Source: an uncultured Gammaproteobacteria bacterium (GTDB taxonomy: Bacteria > Patescibacteriota > Patescibacteriia > Patescibacteriales > JAGXOH01). From it: 64,000 nt of DNA. The notes under the pieces are model-generated. The model had not been told where the DNA came from. It searched no databases and saw only the letters and a program-made list of their open reading frames with translations. Positions 48,394 through 58,297 of this stretch are shown here, piece after piece. The stretch spans positions 5,068-69,067 of the forward strand of contig CAZWNU010000001.1 of the NCBI GenBank assembly GCA_964635515.1, given 5' to 3'. The position numbers and the translations under genes are program-made. Every line of letters starts with the position of its first letter. The stretch's first letter is position 1.

Positions 48394-48975
48394 CTATTTT
48401 CTTATAGTTTTTATGTTATCCATGTCCCTCAAATCAATTATTGAAGAAGCTTTGGCTTGAATCGGACCGACATCTATAACCAAATCGATCTCGGAAACAT
48501 CTAAATAAGAACTGATTTCTTTTATGTCCGTTATAGTTTGACCGCCACTTAAATTCAAACTAGTGGATATGATCGGGACTCCGATTCTTCTTATCATTTT
48601 AGTAAGAAAATTATTTTTAGGCAAACGGACGGCCAATCCTACCTCTCCTCCCTGCGCTAACCTCCCTTGGGAGTCAAGAAGAAAGGAAATTGGGCCGGGC
48701 CAATTATTCTTTAAATAATCCAATTGCCGAGAGTCAATTTTGAAATATTTTTTGGTCATGGCAAGGTCGCTGACCAAAACTAAAAAAGGTTTGTTTTTCG
48801 TCCTCTTCTTTATTTTATACAACACTTCCACAGCCTGATTGTCGTCAGCCCTGCATCCCAAACCATAAACTGTATCAGTAGGATATACGACGATCTTACC
48901 TTGTGAAAAAAAAGAAGTTATTTTATCCATTTTCTCCTCATCACACACAAAGTTGTTTAATTTTATTATCTCCAT
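48394..48975 (-). CDS. tsaC: L-threonylcarbamoyladenylate synthase (YrdC/TsaC)
   Basis: YPTDTVYGLGC, K.R...KP, WPGP, VRLP, STSLN.SG. Confidence 0.93.
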   Translation of the reverse strand: MEIIKLNNFVCDEEKMDKITSFFSQGKIVVYPTDTVYGLGCRADDNQAVEVLYKIKKRTKNKPFLVLVSDLAMTKKYFKIDSRQLDYLKNNWPGPISFLLDSQGRLAQGGEVGLAVRLPKNNFLTKMIRRIGVPIISTSLNLSGGQTITDIKEISSYLDVSEIDLVIDVGPIQAKASSIIDLRDMDNIKTIRK

Positions 48976-48984
48976 CCAAAATGA

Positions 48985-49491
48985 TTATAAATAATTTAAA
49001 AGAGCTTGAGACAAAAATGGCACCAAGAACTTAATAAAAGTCATCAAATAAGGTATGATGACCGATTGGCCCAAGTCAATAGGAAGCCAAGTGTCGATGG
49101 ATAGGTGAACTACTGCCAAATAAATAACCACACCCAATACCAAGGCTCCTTCGATCAGACCCAAAAACATCCCACCGATTCGATTTATGGTCTTTAGAAA
49201 GGGTATGATAGAAAAAATCTTAAAAGCCTTGTCCAGTAAAACGAAAATTAATCTTACTAAGCGATTGGCTATCACAAACAAGAAAAGAAAGCAAACTATC
49301 TTTCCAATATTCTCCAATCCGAAAAACCAGGATTCAATCAAGTTAAACAAGTCCAAATAAAAAAGTATTGCCACCCAGGCGCCGGCCACCATGCCCAGTA
49401 AAGACCCCAGGGTTCTTATAAGACCAAAAAACAGACCGTAAAAAATAAATCCGGCCCAGGCAAACAACAAGATCAAATCAATAATAAACAT
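48985..49491 (-). CDS. CvpA family membrane protein
   Basis: IID......G...GL, NRIGGMFLGLIEG. Confidence 0.88.
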   Translation of the reverse strand: MFIIDLILLFAWAGFIFYGLFFGLIRTLGSLLGMVAGAWVAILFYLDLFNLIESWFFGLENIGKIVCFLFLFVIANRLVRLIFVLLDKAFKIFSIIPFLKTINRIGGMFLGLIEGALVLGVVIYLAVVHLSIDTWLPIDLGQSVIIPYLMTFIKFLVPFLSQALLNYL

Positions 49492-49517
49492 AATTTTATT
49501 TTTAAACTTTAAAAAAT

Positions 49518-51221
49518 TTATTTACACCCCTTGTTCTTGGGTTTTGATTTTAATTTTAATTCTTTCCTCTGCTCATTTCTTAAACGCCTAAAACTACTTT
49601 TATTACACCTCTTTTCCGAAATCAAATTTTTCATCCAGCTTCCAGCCAAAAGGTGTGGGGTTATTATAAAATCAGCGCCTTCATTGTACAAGACATTTAA
49701 GTGTTTTATGTGAGAAAGACTTCCTATGAATATAGCCTTTTTACTGAATTTTCTCAATTGCTGAACCAGGGTCATCTGGTCTTTGAAGTCCGGGATAGTC
49801 GATATCACCATTTTTATCTTAGAAGAAAAAATATCACCCAAAAAATCAATCGCTCCGGCGTCACCAAAATAATAAGGGATTCCTCTTTGTCTCAATTTTT
49901 GAATTGCCTTAGGGTCAAAATCCACCACAGCAAAAGAAACACCAGACTCTTTTAAAGAATCGCAGATCTTCCAGCCCAAACGATGGTATCCGAATATTAA
50001 AACATCATACTTTACACCTCCACTCTCTTCAACCGCCAGAGCCTTGTCTTTGCCGAAAAACTTTTCAAAGAAGGGATTTATCTTATCAAAGATCTGTCTG
50101 TTGTAAGTAATCAAATAAGATGAGAAAAATATGGTTATTAAAGCAACCATCGTAAACAGGGTGAGATCAGTTCCGGTAACCAAATTCATATCATACAACA
50201 AAAAAAGAAGCACAAAGCCAAACTCGCTTACCTGGGCTGCTGACAAACTGGAGAGAAAACTGTTTTTTCTAGTAAACTTCATGAACCGAAAAACCGTGTA
50301 TAATATAAAAGGGTTTCCTATTAATATAAACACAGAAAGAACCAAGCCAGGCCAAAAAACTTCTTGTAAATTAGCCAATCCCATTTTACTCCCGAGTATT
50401 ATAAAGAAAAGAGCTATAAAAAAATCTCTTAATGGCCTTACTCTGCTATTTATTTCAAATTGATACTTGGAGGCCGCTAAAGAAAGTCCGGCTATCAGGG
50501 CTCCCACCTCCAAAGACAATCCAGACCACTCCGCCACACCGGAAACAATAAAACACCAGGCTAAAGCGAACATAAAAAGAAACTCCTTGGATTCGGCTAT
50601 CTTGTTTAATGTAAGTGGTAATAAAAACTTGGTCACAAGATAAACTCCCAACAAAAATAAGGAGCTTTTAGCTATCAAGGACAGGAAGGATATCACAAGA
50701 GTGTCTCCAAGATAAAATGCGGGCAAAATTATCATTATCACCACAGCCACCATATCCTGGACCAAATTCAAGCCAATAGAGTATCTTCCATAAACACTGC
50801 CTATATCACCTTTATCCGATAATATTTTAGTAGCTATGATTGTACTGGAAAAAGTTATAGATATCGCTATAAACAAAGCGGATAAAACCGGAAGACCAAA
50901 TAAAAAAATGATCAAAAAACCCAAAGATGAAGTAAAAATCACTTGGGACAGACCCGAGACTATTGAGGGTTTGCCGATTTTTTTTAAGTAATCTACGTTC
51001 AAATTTAAGCCCACCAAAAACAAAAGCATTACCACCCCGAATTTTGCAAACATCTGAAAAAAATCATGCTCCGGACTGACCAAATTCAATAACAAGGGAC
51101 CACAAATAACTCCGGTAAAAAGATAGGAGATAATAAGATGCTGTTTCAAAAGGTTAGCGATAAAAGCTATTCCGATAGCAATTCCCAGAATAATACTTAT
51201 ATCAAAAAAAATAGAGTCCAT
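49518..51221 (-). CDS. CPA2 cation:proton antiporter with TrkA-N/RCK domain (Kef-like)
   Basis: FSSTII..K.L, QD, RDFF..LFF, QVSEFGF, IFGY.RLG, VDFDP, GDA. Confidence 0.92.
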   Translation of the reverse strand: MDSIFFDISIILGIAIGIAFIANLLKQHLIISYLFTGVICGPLLLNLVSPEHDFFQMFAKFGVVMLLFLVGLNLNVDYLKKIGKPSIVSGLSQVIFTSSLGFLIIFLFGLPVLSALFIAISITFSSTIIATKILSDKGDIGSVYGRYSIGLNLVQDMVAVVIMIILPAFYLGDTLVISFLSLIAKSSLFLLGVYLVTKFLLPLTLNKIAESKEFLFMFALAWCFIVSGVAEWSGLSLEVGALIAGLSLAASKYQFEINSRVRPLRDFFIALFFIILGSKMGLANLQEVFWPGLVLSVFILIGNPFILYTVFRFMKFTRKNSFLSSLSAAQVSEFGFVLLFLLYDMNLVTGTDLTLFTMVALITIFFSSYLITYNRQIFDKINPFFEKFFGKDKALAVEESGGVKYDVLIFGYHRLGWKICDSLKESGVSFAVVDFDPKAIQKLRQRGIPYYFGDAGAIDFLGDIFSSKIKMVISTIPDFKDQMTLVQQLRKFSKKAIFIGSLSHIKHLNVLYNEGADFIITPHLLAGSWMKNLISEKRCNKSSFRRLRNEQRKELKLKSKPKNKGCK

Positions 51222-51292
51222 AAAAACTATGAAGTAATTTAGATATTTAAATCATAACACAAAAAAGACCAAAAAACTATTAAGAGGCTTTC

Positions 51293-52036
51293 TTATTCAA
51301 TCTTCCCTATGGGTATAACATAAAGAGGGGTCTTGTTTTCAGGTAAATGGAGTATCTCGCTCAGTCTTCCCTCATCAAAAGCTCCGATCGGAACCGCTCC
51401 CAAATTCAGGCTCGTGGCCTGGAGAAGAACATTTTGAGAGGCATGACCCACTTCAATGTGCACATACTGCTCCGCTCTATCTCCGTAACGATCAGCTGTT
51501 ACTGAGTAATCACCACCTATAACCAAATTTACAGGCGCTTCATTTACAAACATTTGATTCAAAGCCGCTTCTGCCAATTTTTGGCTAAAATCCCCTTCTC
51601 TAACTCTTTTTAAGCTATGCTCATCAACTGAGTACTTATAAACTCCGGCTGCCAGCTCTTGATCATTTGAAACAACAGCATAAACCTCTAAGGGATAAAG
51701 AGCTCCGGCAGAGGGGGCGGCTCGAAGACCTTCTCTGACATCAGTAATTCCTTGAGCAGACCAAAGTAGTTGGGATAGATCTTCCAAGCCTAATGCCTCT
51801 CCACTATAACTCCTAATACTTCTTCTGTTTTCTATGGCCCTTTCTAGGGATGTTCGACTATCTTTTTTTGGCTCGGGTAAATTGATAATTGACATATTTT
51901 TTTTCTCTTGATCCGTTTCCAAGGGATCTTCTTTCTCGAGGTAGCCAGTGACAAAAAGCGAAACCCAGGCCACTAAAAGCGTGGCAGCAATAATAAACAA
52001 GACCAAGAATAGTTTTAAATTTTTCTTAATTAACAT
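51293..52036 (-). CDS. SagB/ThcOx-family nitroreductase with N-terminal membrane anchor
   Basis: RRSIRSY, LSQLLW.AQG, R.APSAGALYPLE, EVGH..QN..L.A, IGAF.D. Confidence 0.9.
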   Translation of the reverse strand: MLIKKNLKLFLVLFIIAATLLVAWVSLFVTGYLEKEDPLETDQEKKNMSIINLPEPKKDSRTSLERAIENRRSIRSYSGEALGLEDLSQLLWSAQGITDVREGLRAAPSAGALYPLEVYAVVSNDQELAAGVYKYSVDEHSLKRVREGDFSQKLAEAALNQMFVNEAPVNLVIGGDYSVTADRYGDRAEQYVHIEVGHASQNVLLQATSLNLGAVPIGAFDEGRLSEILHLPENKTPLYVIPIGKIE

Positions 52037-52044
52037 AATATATT

Positions 52045-52746
52045 TTAATTATTTAAGTTTTTCTTTAGATAAGAGGTTAGGTAATAACGGAACACCCCTG
52101 TTCCCTTCCCTCCATATTTTATATAAAAATAGCCCGCCAAAGAGACAATGAGGGCGCCCCAGGCATCCATAATCAGATCCCACATAGTGTCAACCAGTCC
52201 GTCTTTTTGCATATTTAGACCGAAAAAGCTATCCATAGCAAATTCAAAGATTTCCCAAAGAGCGCCCAGGGAGAGGGCGAAGCAAAAAGAAAAAAGAGCT
52301 ATTATTCCGGCATTTGATTCTAGAGGTCCGTTCTGATAAAGGGAATAAATTATCAGAAAGCCCACAAAACCCAGAGCCATCCCTGAAGTAAAATGAAGAA
52401 GGGAGTCCCACCACCAAAACTTGAAATAGAAATCCCTTATTTCCCCTAAAAACAGAGAAGCGTAAATAAATAAAGTAAGGAAGAAAGTGAAACTAACCGG
52501 AATATGGATCTTTCTCTTCTTAATAAAAATAATGGGTAACCAAATGGATACCATGGCCACCAAACTGATAAAGGCTGTCGTCCAGTTCTTCCAAAAGAGG
52601 GCCAGTAAAAAAGATAATAAAAAAACCAATTGCAGCAAAATGGTAAAAATCACCTGAAGTCTTTCAAAGGTCCTCTCCGCATCATTCCAATTAAAAATAT
52701 CGAAAATAAAAGAAATAAAATTGTCAAAGCTGTTTCTTGCTTTCAT
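52045..52746 (-). CDS. Membrane protein (DUF2238-like)
   Basis: WWDSLLHF.SG, GALWEIFEF..D, DTMWDL..D. Confidence 0.8.
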   Translation of the reverse strand: MKARNSFDNFISFIFDIFNWNDAERTFERLQVIFTILLQLVFLLSFLLALFWKNWTTAFISLVAMVSIWLPIIFIKKRKIHIPVSFTFFLTLFIYASLFLGEIRDFYFKFWWWDSLLHFTSGMALGFVGFLIIYSLYQNGPLESNAGIIALFSFCFALSLGALWEIFEFAMDSFFGLNMQKDGLVDTMWDLIMDAWGALIVSLAGYFYIKYGGKGTGVFRYYLTSYLKKNLNN

Positions 52747-52819
52747 AAAAATAAAAAGTTCTAATTATCTAACTAATTTAACTTTAGCACGAAGCGACTT
52801 TTTTTGTAATCAATTGAAC

Positions 52820-53962
52820 TTATCTCTTTGCGGAAAAACTACCTGTCAAAACCTCTTCTTCCACCTTCTGGCCTAGGTCGCTCCAGTTGACAAACCGTTG
52901 CAAAAACTCTTCTATATCCTCTTCTTTGTCAATCATTTCCACCCGGCTTAGCTCAGACTTAAAGGGCAAGAAAGAGTAGATTATCTCCTCCTCTTTTATA
53001 TTCATATCAAGGGCAAAGCCTTCTTGTGTAGCTGTAGAAAAATATTGATCAAAGACAAAGTTCCCTAAAGAATAAAAAATCGCTTTACCTTCATATACCT
53101 CCATGCCCTGGACCACGTGGGGATGGTGTCCGATGACCACATCTGCTCCGCTATCAACAAAAAAATGAGCGAAATCCTGTTGTGTTTGATTAAATCTGTG
53201 TTCATACTCAACCCCCCAATGAACATTAACAATGACCATATCCGAAGAGGAGGCAGCGCTCTCTATTAAATCAAGCATTTCAGTTTGATCTGGAATGGCG
53301 TAGACCATGCTAAAGCCCAAGAAGGCTATTTCCGTATCATCAAAATCAATGATCTTCAAACTACATTCACCTGCCTGACCATCTTGACAACCGGAAAAAT
53401 AAAGACCCAAATTATTTAAATTTTCTTCTGTTTCCCTGATCCCTCTCTCCCCCTGGTCGGCTAAATGGTTGTTGGCGATATTGAAAAAATTAAAATTATA
53501 GTCTTTACTTATTTCTTCAATAATATCCGGGGAAAAAGCGAAGTCATAAAGATATTCAGGTGGATAATGTTTGCCTTCATTAGTAACTGCACCCTCCAAA
53601 TTAGCTCCAATTAAATCTCTCGAATAGAAAATCCCTTGACTGTCCATTTTCCCAAAAATATGGTCCAATCCCCTTTCTTCTATCAAATCACCTACATGCC
53701 TATCTAACATCATATCCCCGAAAAAAAGAAAATCAAGATCCAGTTCTTTTTTTTCTGGGGCAGTCGATATTATATCATCGTCCTCTTCAACCAAAGAATC
53801 CTTTACTTCTTCATTCTCAGGGACAATCGAAGAGACCTTCTTTTCTTCTTCTTTTTGACTAGCCGTGTTTGAGCTTAAATGATTATATAAAAAAAACAGT
53901 CCTAAACCTAAAAACAGAAAGAACAGTAAAAATATCAAAATTTTTATTCTGGAGTTGTCCAT
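52820..53962 (-). CDS. CapA/PGA_cap metallophosphoesterase
   Basis: GDMML.R, NLEG, ANNH..D.G, HWG.E, GHHPHV.Q, YSLGNF.F. Confidence 0.92.
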   Translation of the reverse strand: MDNSRIKILIFLLFFLFLGLGLFFLYNHLSSNTASQKEEEKKVSSIVPENEEVKDSLVEEDDDIISTAPEKKELDLDFLFFGDMMLDRHVGDLIEERGLDHIFGKMDSQGIFYSRDLIGANLEGAVTNEGKHYPPEYLYDFAFSPDIIEEISKDYNFNFFNIANNHLADQGERGIRETEENLNNLGLYFSGCQDGQAGECSLKIIDFDDTEIAFLGFSMVYAIPDQTEMLDLIESAASSSDMVIVNVHWGVEYEHRFNQTQQDFAHFFVDSGADVVIGHHPHVVQGMEVYEGKAIFYSLGNFVFDQYFSTATQEGFALDMNIKEEEIIYSFLPFKSELSRVEMIDKEEDIEEFLQRFVNWSDLGQKVEEEVLTGSFSAKR

Positions 53963-54029
53963 ATATCGGTCTTAATTAAAAATGATTATAACTAAACCTT
54001 AAAAAAATAAAAATGGACATGAACAAAAC

Positions 54030-55349
54030 TTAAAAGAAAAAGGAAAAAATCATGATCAGGGCTGCTAAAAAGGGCAAGACCCTGAAAATAGTTATTGACA
54101 CTCCTGCCGCCTTCTTCCACCTGGTGCCTATGCTCTCCACAAGCTCTTTCTTAGATATACTCCAGCTGATTATGGCACCCCCTATCAAACCGGAACCCAC
54201 AACGATCTGGTTAGCTGCAAAAAGATCCAGAACTTCTAAGAAGGGCCTTCCTAAAAAAGAAAAGCCGACCGGAGTGAAGCTAAGGGCAGAAAGAAACCCC
54301 AAGGGGATAACCGGCAAGAATGAAAAAAAGGTGGCCCTTTTATGGGAAAGGTTGAACTCTTCTCTGAAAGCCGTCTTGACCACCTCCATTCCGGCAATAC
54401 AAGAACTGATAGCTGCTAGAAAAAATAAGGTGAAAAACAAGACAGCCAAATAAGCCCCAAAGGGTATAGACTCGAAGACAAGAGGAAGGGTGGTAAAGGC
54501 CAGCTTGGTCCCCTGCTCAGGATTTAAGCCAAAAGAAAAAACTATAGGGAAAATAATAATAGCTGCCAATAACGCAATTGAGGTTTCAATAGACGCTATT
54601 ATTCCGGTAGCCCTAGGCAGGTTAACGTTCCTAGGCAAAAAACTTCCGTAAGTTATTAAATAACCCTGCCCCACAGCCAGAGAGTAAAAGGCTTGTCCAA
54701 AAGCCAGGAGCCAAACATGGACACTGAAAAAAGCTTCAAGTTCAGGGGTAAATAGAAAAGACAAGGCATAGCCCGCTTTATCCAGGCTAAGGCTGTATCC
54801 AGCTAAAAAGATCACAATCAACAAAAGTACGGGCATAAGGATTTTAGCGAGAAACTCGATAGCTTTCACCCCCCTGGCCACTACGATTGAGGTCAAAAAG
54901 GCCACAACAAAGAAATAAAACAGAGAGATATACCCACTTGTAAATTCTTCAAAGGATTGAATATTACCTCTATAACTTTCAACTGCAAAACCCAGGGTCC
55001 AGCCTGTTATGGCAAAATAATAGCTCATTATTATTAAGGTCAATATGACAACTGCCCAACCAAAAATAACCGCCCTTTTGTTAAGCAACCTAAATGTTTT
55101 CACCGGACTCCCGTGCTCGGTTCTTCCGGCACTTATCTCCAGTATCATTAAAGGTATACCCAAAATCAGAACGGCTATTATATAGGCAAAAACAAAAGAA
55201 CCTCCTCCGTTTTCACCTGCTATATAGGGAAATCTCCAAATATTACCCAAACCTACAGCCGCAGCAGCGGTGGCTAAAACAAAACCTCTTTCTGAGGACC
55301 ATTGGATGGCCCTGTGACCTGTCACCTTCTCTTTTAGATTGGAAAACAT
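54030..55349 (-). CDS. Sodium-dependent transporter (NSS/SNF family)
   Basis: AVGLGNIWRFPY..GENGG, Q.FYSL..G.G..ITYGS, FLAAISS. Confidence 0.93.
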   Translation of the reverse strand: MFSNLKEKVTGHRAIQWSSERGFVLATAAAAVGLGNIWRFPYIAGENGGGSFVFAYIIAVLILGIPLMILEISAGRTEHGSPVKTFRLLNKRAVIFGWAVVILTLIIMSYYFAITGWTLGFAVESYRGNIQSFEEFTSGYISLFYFFVVAFLTSIVVARGVKAIEFLAKILMPVLLLIVIFLAGYSLSLDKAGYALSFLFTPELEAFFSVHVWLLAFGQAFYSLAVGQGYLITYGSFLPRNVNLPRATGIIASIETSIALLAAIIIFPIVFSFGLNPEQGTKLAFTTLPLVFESIPFGAYLAVLFFTLFFLAAISSCIAGMEVVKTAFREEFNLSHKRATFFSFLPVIPLGFLSALSFTPVGFSFLGRPFLEVLDLFAANQIVVGSGLIGGAIISWSISKKELVESIGTRWKKAAGVSITIFRVLPFLAALIMIFSFFF

Positions 55350-55499
55350 AACTCAAAAAAAATCTTAAAATAAACACCTACCTTTAAGGCGGGCATATTT
55401 TAAAAATCCACATATTAAATTAGAAATTCCTTTTTTAATATTTTACAATTAAATTGAATTAATGTAAAACAAAGCTTCTCAAAACACCGATCCCTACTC

Positions 55500-55571
55500 T
55501 TGACTTATTAATATTTTTGTGTCACATTAGCAAAATTAGATCCTTAAAAACAAAAAATCTTCAAAAAGGAG
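55500..55571 (+). promoter_or_regulatory. sigma70-like promoter + boxA-like motif + SD
   Basis: TTGACT(55500)-17-CACATT (TG extension; weak -10), GATCCTTAAAAA(55539-55550), AAGGAG(55566-55571). Confidence 0.55.
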
Positions 55572-55578
55572 CTTGATA

Positions 55579-56196
55579 ATGAAAAAAATAATTTTTTTTC
55601 CGGGTTGGCCTAAAATGGAGAGTCTCCTGAAGCCGTTTCTGGACCAATGGAGAGAGGTAGATGGTTGGACTATAGAGGTTCACAAACAGAAAACATCCCT
55701 GCAGGAATCTGAAAAGGTTATTCTTGTAAGCTATTCAGCCGGTGTTATTGAACTCCTGGAGTTTCTTCAAGAAAATTGGGAAAAAGTTGGTAAAATAATC
55801 CTTATTGCCCCGGCCGGGTTGACTAACCGAGGTCTTATTGCCCACTGCATGTCTTTTTTAAGGGAGGTTGCCCTCTCCGACATCAACTTCTCTTCTAAAA
55901 AAAAGATCATGGTCGAAAGTGTGGTCAATCTTTTTACAAGGCCTCGGAGATCCTGGAAGGAGATAAATGAAATCAGAAAATTCAATCTTAAAAATGGACT
56001 TAAAGTAAGAAACCTAATAGAAATAAGGATTGTAATGCCTTTTAAGGATGATTTCATTACTCCTCAAAAAAATGAAATAGGTAAAATGAAATCTGCTTTT
56101 GACACCTGGGTCCGAAAAACCCCCGGAGACCATTTCGGGATCATCAAGTATCCGGATCAATACCGGCAATCAATAAAAGAAATGACAGAAAAATAA
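55579..56196 (+). CDS. Alpha/beta-hydrolase fold protein
   Basis: FFPGW (oxyanion region), VSYSAG nucleophile elbow, IILIAPAG, D in KDDFI, H in PGDH. ATG 55579 lies 7 nt after AGGAG. Confidence 0.75.
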   Translation: MKKIIFFPGWPKMESLLKPFLDQWREVDGWTIEVHKQKTSLQESEKVILVSYSAGVIELLEFLQENWEKVGKIILIAPAGLTNRGLIAHCMSFLREVALSDINFSSKKKIMVESVVNLFTRPRRSWKEINEIRKFNLKNGLKVRNLIEIRIVMPFKDDFITPQKNEIGKMKSAFDTWVRKTPGDHFGIIKYPDQYRQSIKEMTEK

Positions 56197-56205
56197 GCCG
56201 GAACC

Positions 56206-56238
56206 AAAAAGAACAGACCGAATTTCTGTTCTTTTTTA
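56206..56238 (+). terminator. Intrinsic terminator
   Basis: AAAAAGAACAGA-N7-TCTGTTCTTTTTT. Confidence 0.8.
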
Positions 56239-56254
56239 TTTGCCAAAAACCCGA

Positions 56255-56341
56255 TTGACTTTTGTTTTTCAGAACTATAGAATTATTATATCTTTTGTGA
56301 AAATACAAACTAATTCGATCTTTAAAAAATTATTAAGGAGG
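56255..56341 (+). promoter_or_regulatory. sigma70 promoter + boxA-like motif + SD
   Basis: TTGACT(56255)-17-TAGAAT(56278), GATCTTTAAAAA(56317-56328), AAGGAGG(56335-56341). Confidence 0.7.
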
Positions 56342-56349
56342 GTATGAGA

Positions 56350-57687
56350 ATGAGAATTGCAATTTTTGGAACAGGTTATGTGGGCTTGGTTACCGGGACT
56401 TGTTTGGCTGACACAGGAGTCCGGGTTACTTGCGTGGACAAGGATGATGAAATAATTGAAACATTGAACAGAGGAGAATCCACTATATATGAACCCGGCC
56501 TGGAAGAAATGTTAAGAAAAAATATTCAAGCCGGAAAGATAGATTTTACCACCAGACCGGAAGACCCGATAAGGGAAAGTGATATTATTATAATCACAGT
56601 GGGAACACCTTCTCACCAAAACGGAGAAGCCAACCTTGATTATGTTTTTGAGGTGTCAAGGACGATCGGCGAAAATATTAACGGCTATAAATTAATCGTC
56701 CAAAAATCAACCGTCCCTGTAGGCACTTGTAGACAGATAGAAGAAGTCATTAGGCAAGAATTGACAGACAGGGACAATCTTCTTGATTTTTCAGTCGCCT
56801 CGAACCCGGAGTTCCTCAAGGAAGGGACAGCCGTGGACGACTTCTTGAAACCGGCAAGGATAATCTTGGGAGTCGAGGACGACAGAGCCAAAGGTCTCTT
56901 AAAAAATCTCTATAAACCTTTCATGAGAAAAAAATCCAATAAGATCCTGTTTATGAACATAGAAAGCGCTGAGTTGGCCAAACATGCCGCCAACTGCATG
57001 TTAGCCTCCAGGATCTCTTTCATGAACATGTTGGCCAGATCAGCCGAATTAGTGGGTGCCGATATTGAAGAGATCAGAGCAGGAATCGGTAGTGACCCCA
57101 GGATAGGAGAAGAATTTCTTTATGCTGGAGTAGGTTATGGGGGTTCTTGTTTTCCAAAAGATGTCAGAGCCCTGATAAGCACCATCAAAAACCAAAAGCT
57201 GGATGTCGGCCTGCTAGAAGAAGTAGACCAGATCAATCAAGATCAAAGACGATGGTTCTTGAATAAAATTCTCAGGGAGACAGGAGAGGATCTGAAGGGC
57301 AAGAACATAGCCATCTGGGGGTTATCGTTTAAGGCCGGCACTGATGATGTCCGAGAGTCGCCTGCTATCTACATTGTGTCCGAACTGCTGAAAAAAAACG
57401 CCTGTGTCAAAGTCTTCGACCCTAAGGCCATGGAGAATTTCAAAAAGGTCCTTCCGCCTGAAAGGAACACCAGACTGGTCTATTGCCAAGATGAATACTC
57501 AAGCCTAATAGGGGCCGAGGCATTAATAATCCTAACCGAGTGGCATCCTTTTAGGAATCCCGACCTGGCCAAAATGAAGAAATTAATGAAACTTCCTCTT
57601 GTCTTTGATGGAAGAAATCTTTTGAGTCCGGAAGAAATGAGGCAAGAAGGTTTCAAATATTTCTCAGTAGGAAGGGGGTCCAATTAA
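56350..57687 (+). CDS. ugd: UDP-glucose 6-dehydrogenase
   Basis: GTGYVGL, VGTP, KSTVPVGT, NPEFLKEG, GYGGSCFPKD, GLSFK..TDD.RES, DGRN. ATG 56350 fits the SD spacing better than 56344. Confidence 0.95.
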   Translation: MRIAIFGTGYVGLVTGTCLADTGVRVTCVDKDDEIIETLNRGESTIYEPGLEEMLRKNIQAGKIDFTTRPEDPIRESDIIIITVGTPSHQNGEANLDYVFEVSRTIGENINGYKLIVQKSTVPVGTCRQIEEVIRQELTDRDNLLDFSVASNPEFLKEGTAVDDFLKPARIILGVEDDRAKGLLKNLYKPFMRKKSNKILFMNIESAELAKHAANCMLASRISFMNMLARSAELVGADIEEIRAGIGSDPRIGEEFLYAGVGYGGSCFPKDVRALISTIKNQKLDVGLLEEVDQINQDQRRWFLNKILRETGEDLKGKNIAIWGLSFKAGTDDVRESPAIYIVSELLKKNACVKVFDPKAMENFKKVLPPERNTRLVYCQDEYSSLIGAEALIILTEWHPFRNPDLAKMKKLMKLPLVFDGRNLLSPEEMRQEGFKYFSVGRGSN

Positions 57688-57711
57688 CATGTAAAAATTC
57701 CTAGGCAATTC

Positions 57712-57749
57712 AAAAAACCCGGATTCATTAAAATCCGGGTTTTGTTTTT
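57712..57749. terminator. Bidirectional intrinsic terminator
   Basis: AAAACCCGGATT-N6-AATCCGGGTTTT between convergent genes. Confidence 0.85.
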
Positions 57750-57779
57750 AAGAATGTGGAAGGCTTTAGTTATCATCAA

Positions 57780-58241
57780 TTATTTATTCCGAATCGACTT
57801 GGCAAACTTCTTTGCTCCCTTAAGATCTTTTTTGTTGGGCCTACCCCTGTTAATCCCTCCGATCAATTTCAATAAGCTATAGGTGTCATAACCACGACAA
57901 TCATACTCACCTAAGATCTTAAAACCCTTCTCTTTTAATTTATTTTTAAAATGCCGGTGAGATCGGTTTAAAATAAAATTTTTTCTCATCCCGCTGGTAG
58001 AAAACAGAAAAGCTTTTTTGTTTTCCATCTGAGGAAGGTTATCCACCAGATCGATCAGGCCTTTATGGAATTTGGAATAATAAACCCCTGAACCAAAACC
58101 GACCAGATCGGCTCTTCCTATCTCCTCTTTTTTTACTTCAGAAAACTTGACCAGTTTCGCTCCCAGGGTAGAGCTTATTATTTTAGCCACTTTCTCCGTA
58201 TTTCGGTGATGGAAAGAGGCATAGATGATAATGATTTTCAT
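57780..58241 (-). CDS. Flavodoxin family protein
   Basis: IIYASFHHRNTEKVA, GFGSGVY, FSTSG, GRPN..D...A..FA. Confidence 0.88.
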   Translation of the reverse strand: MKIIIIYASFHHRNTEKVAKIISSTLGAKLVKFSEVKKEEIGRADLVGFGSGVYYSKFHKGLIDLVDNLPQMENKKAFLFSTSGMRKNFILNRSHRHFKNKLKEKGFKILGEYDCRGYDTYSLLKLIGGINRGRPNKKDLKGAKKFAKSIRNK

Positions 58242-58297
58242 TTTTATAATATTTACTTATTTTTTTAAATTCTTAGATCTGAAAAACTGAAGAATAA

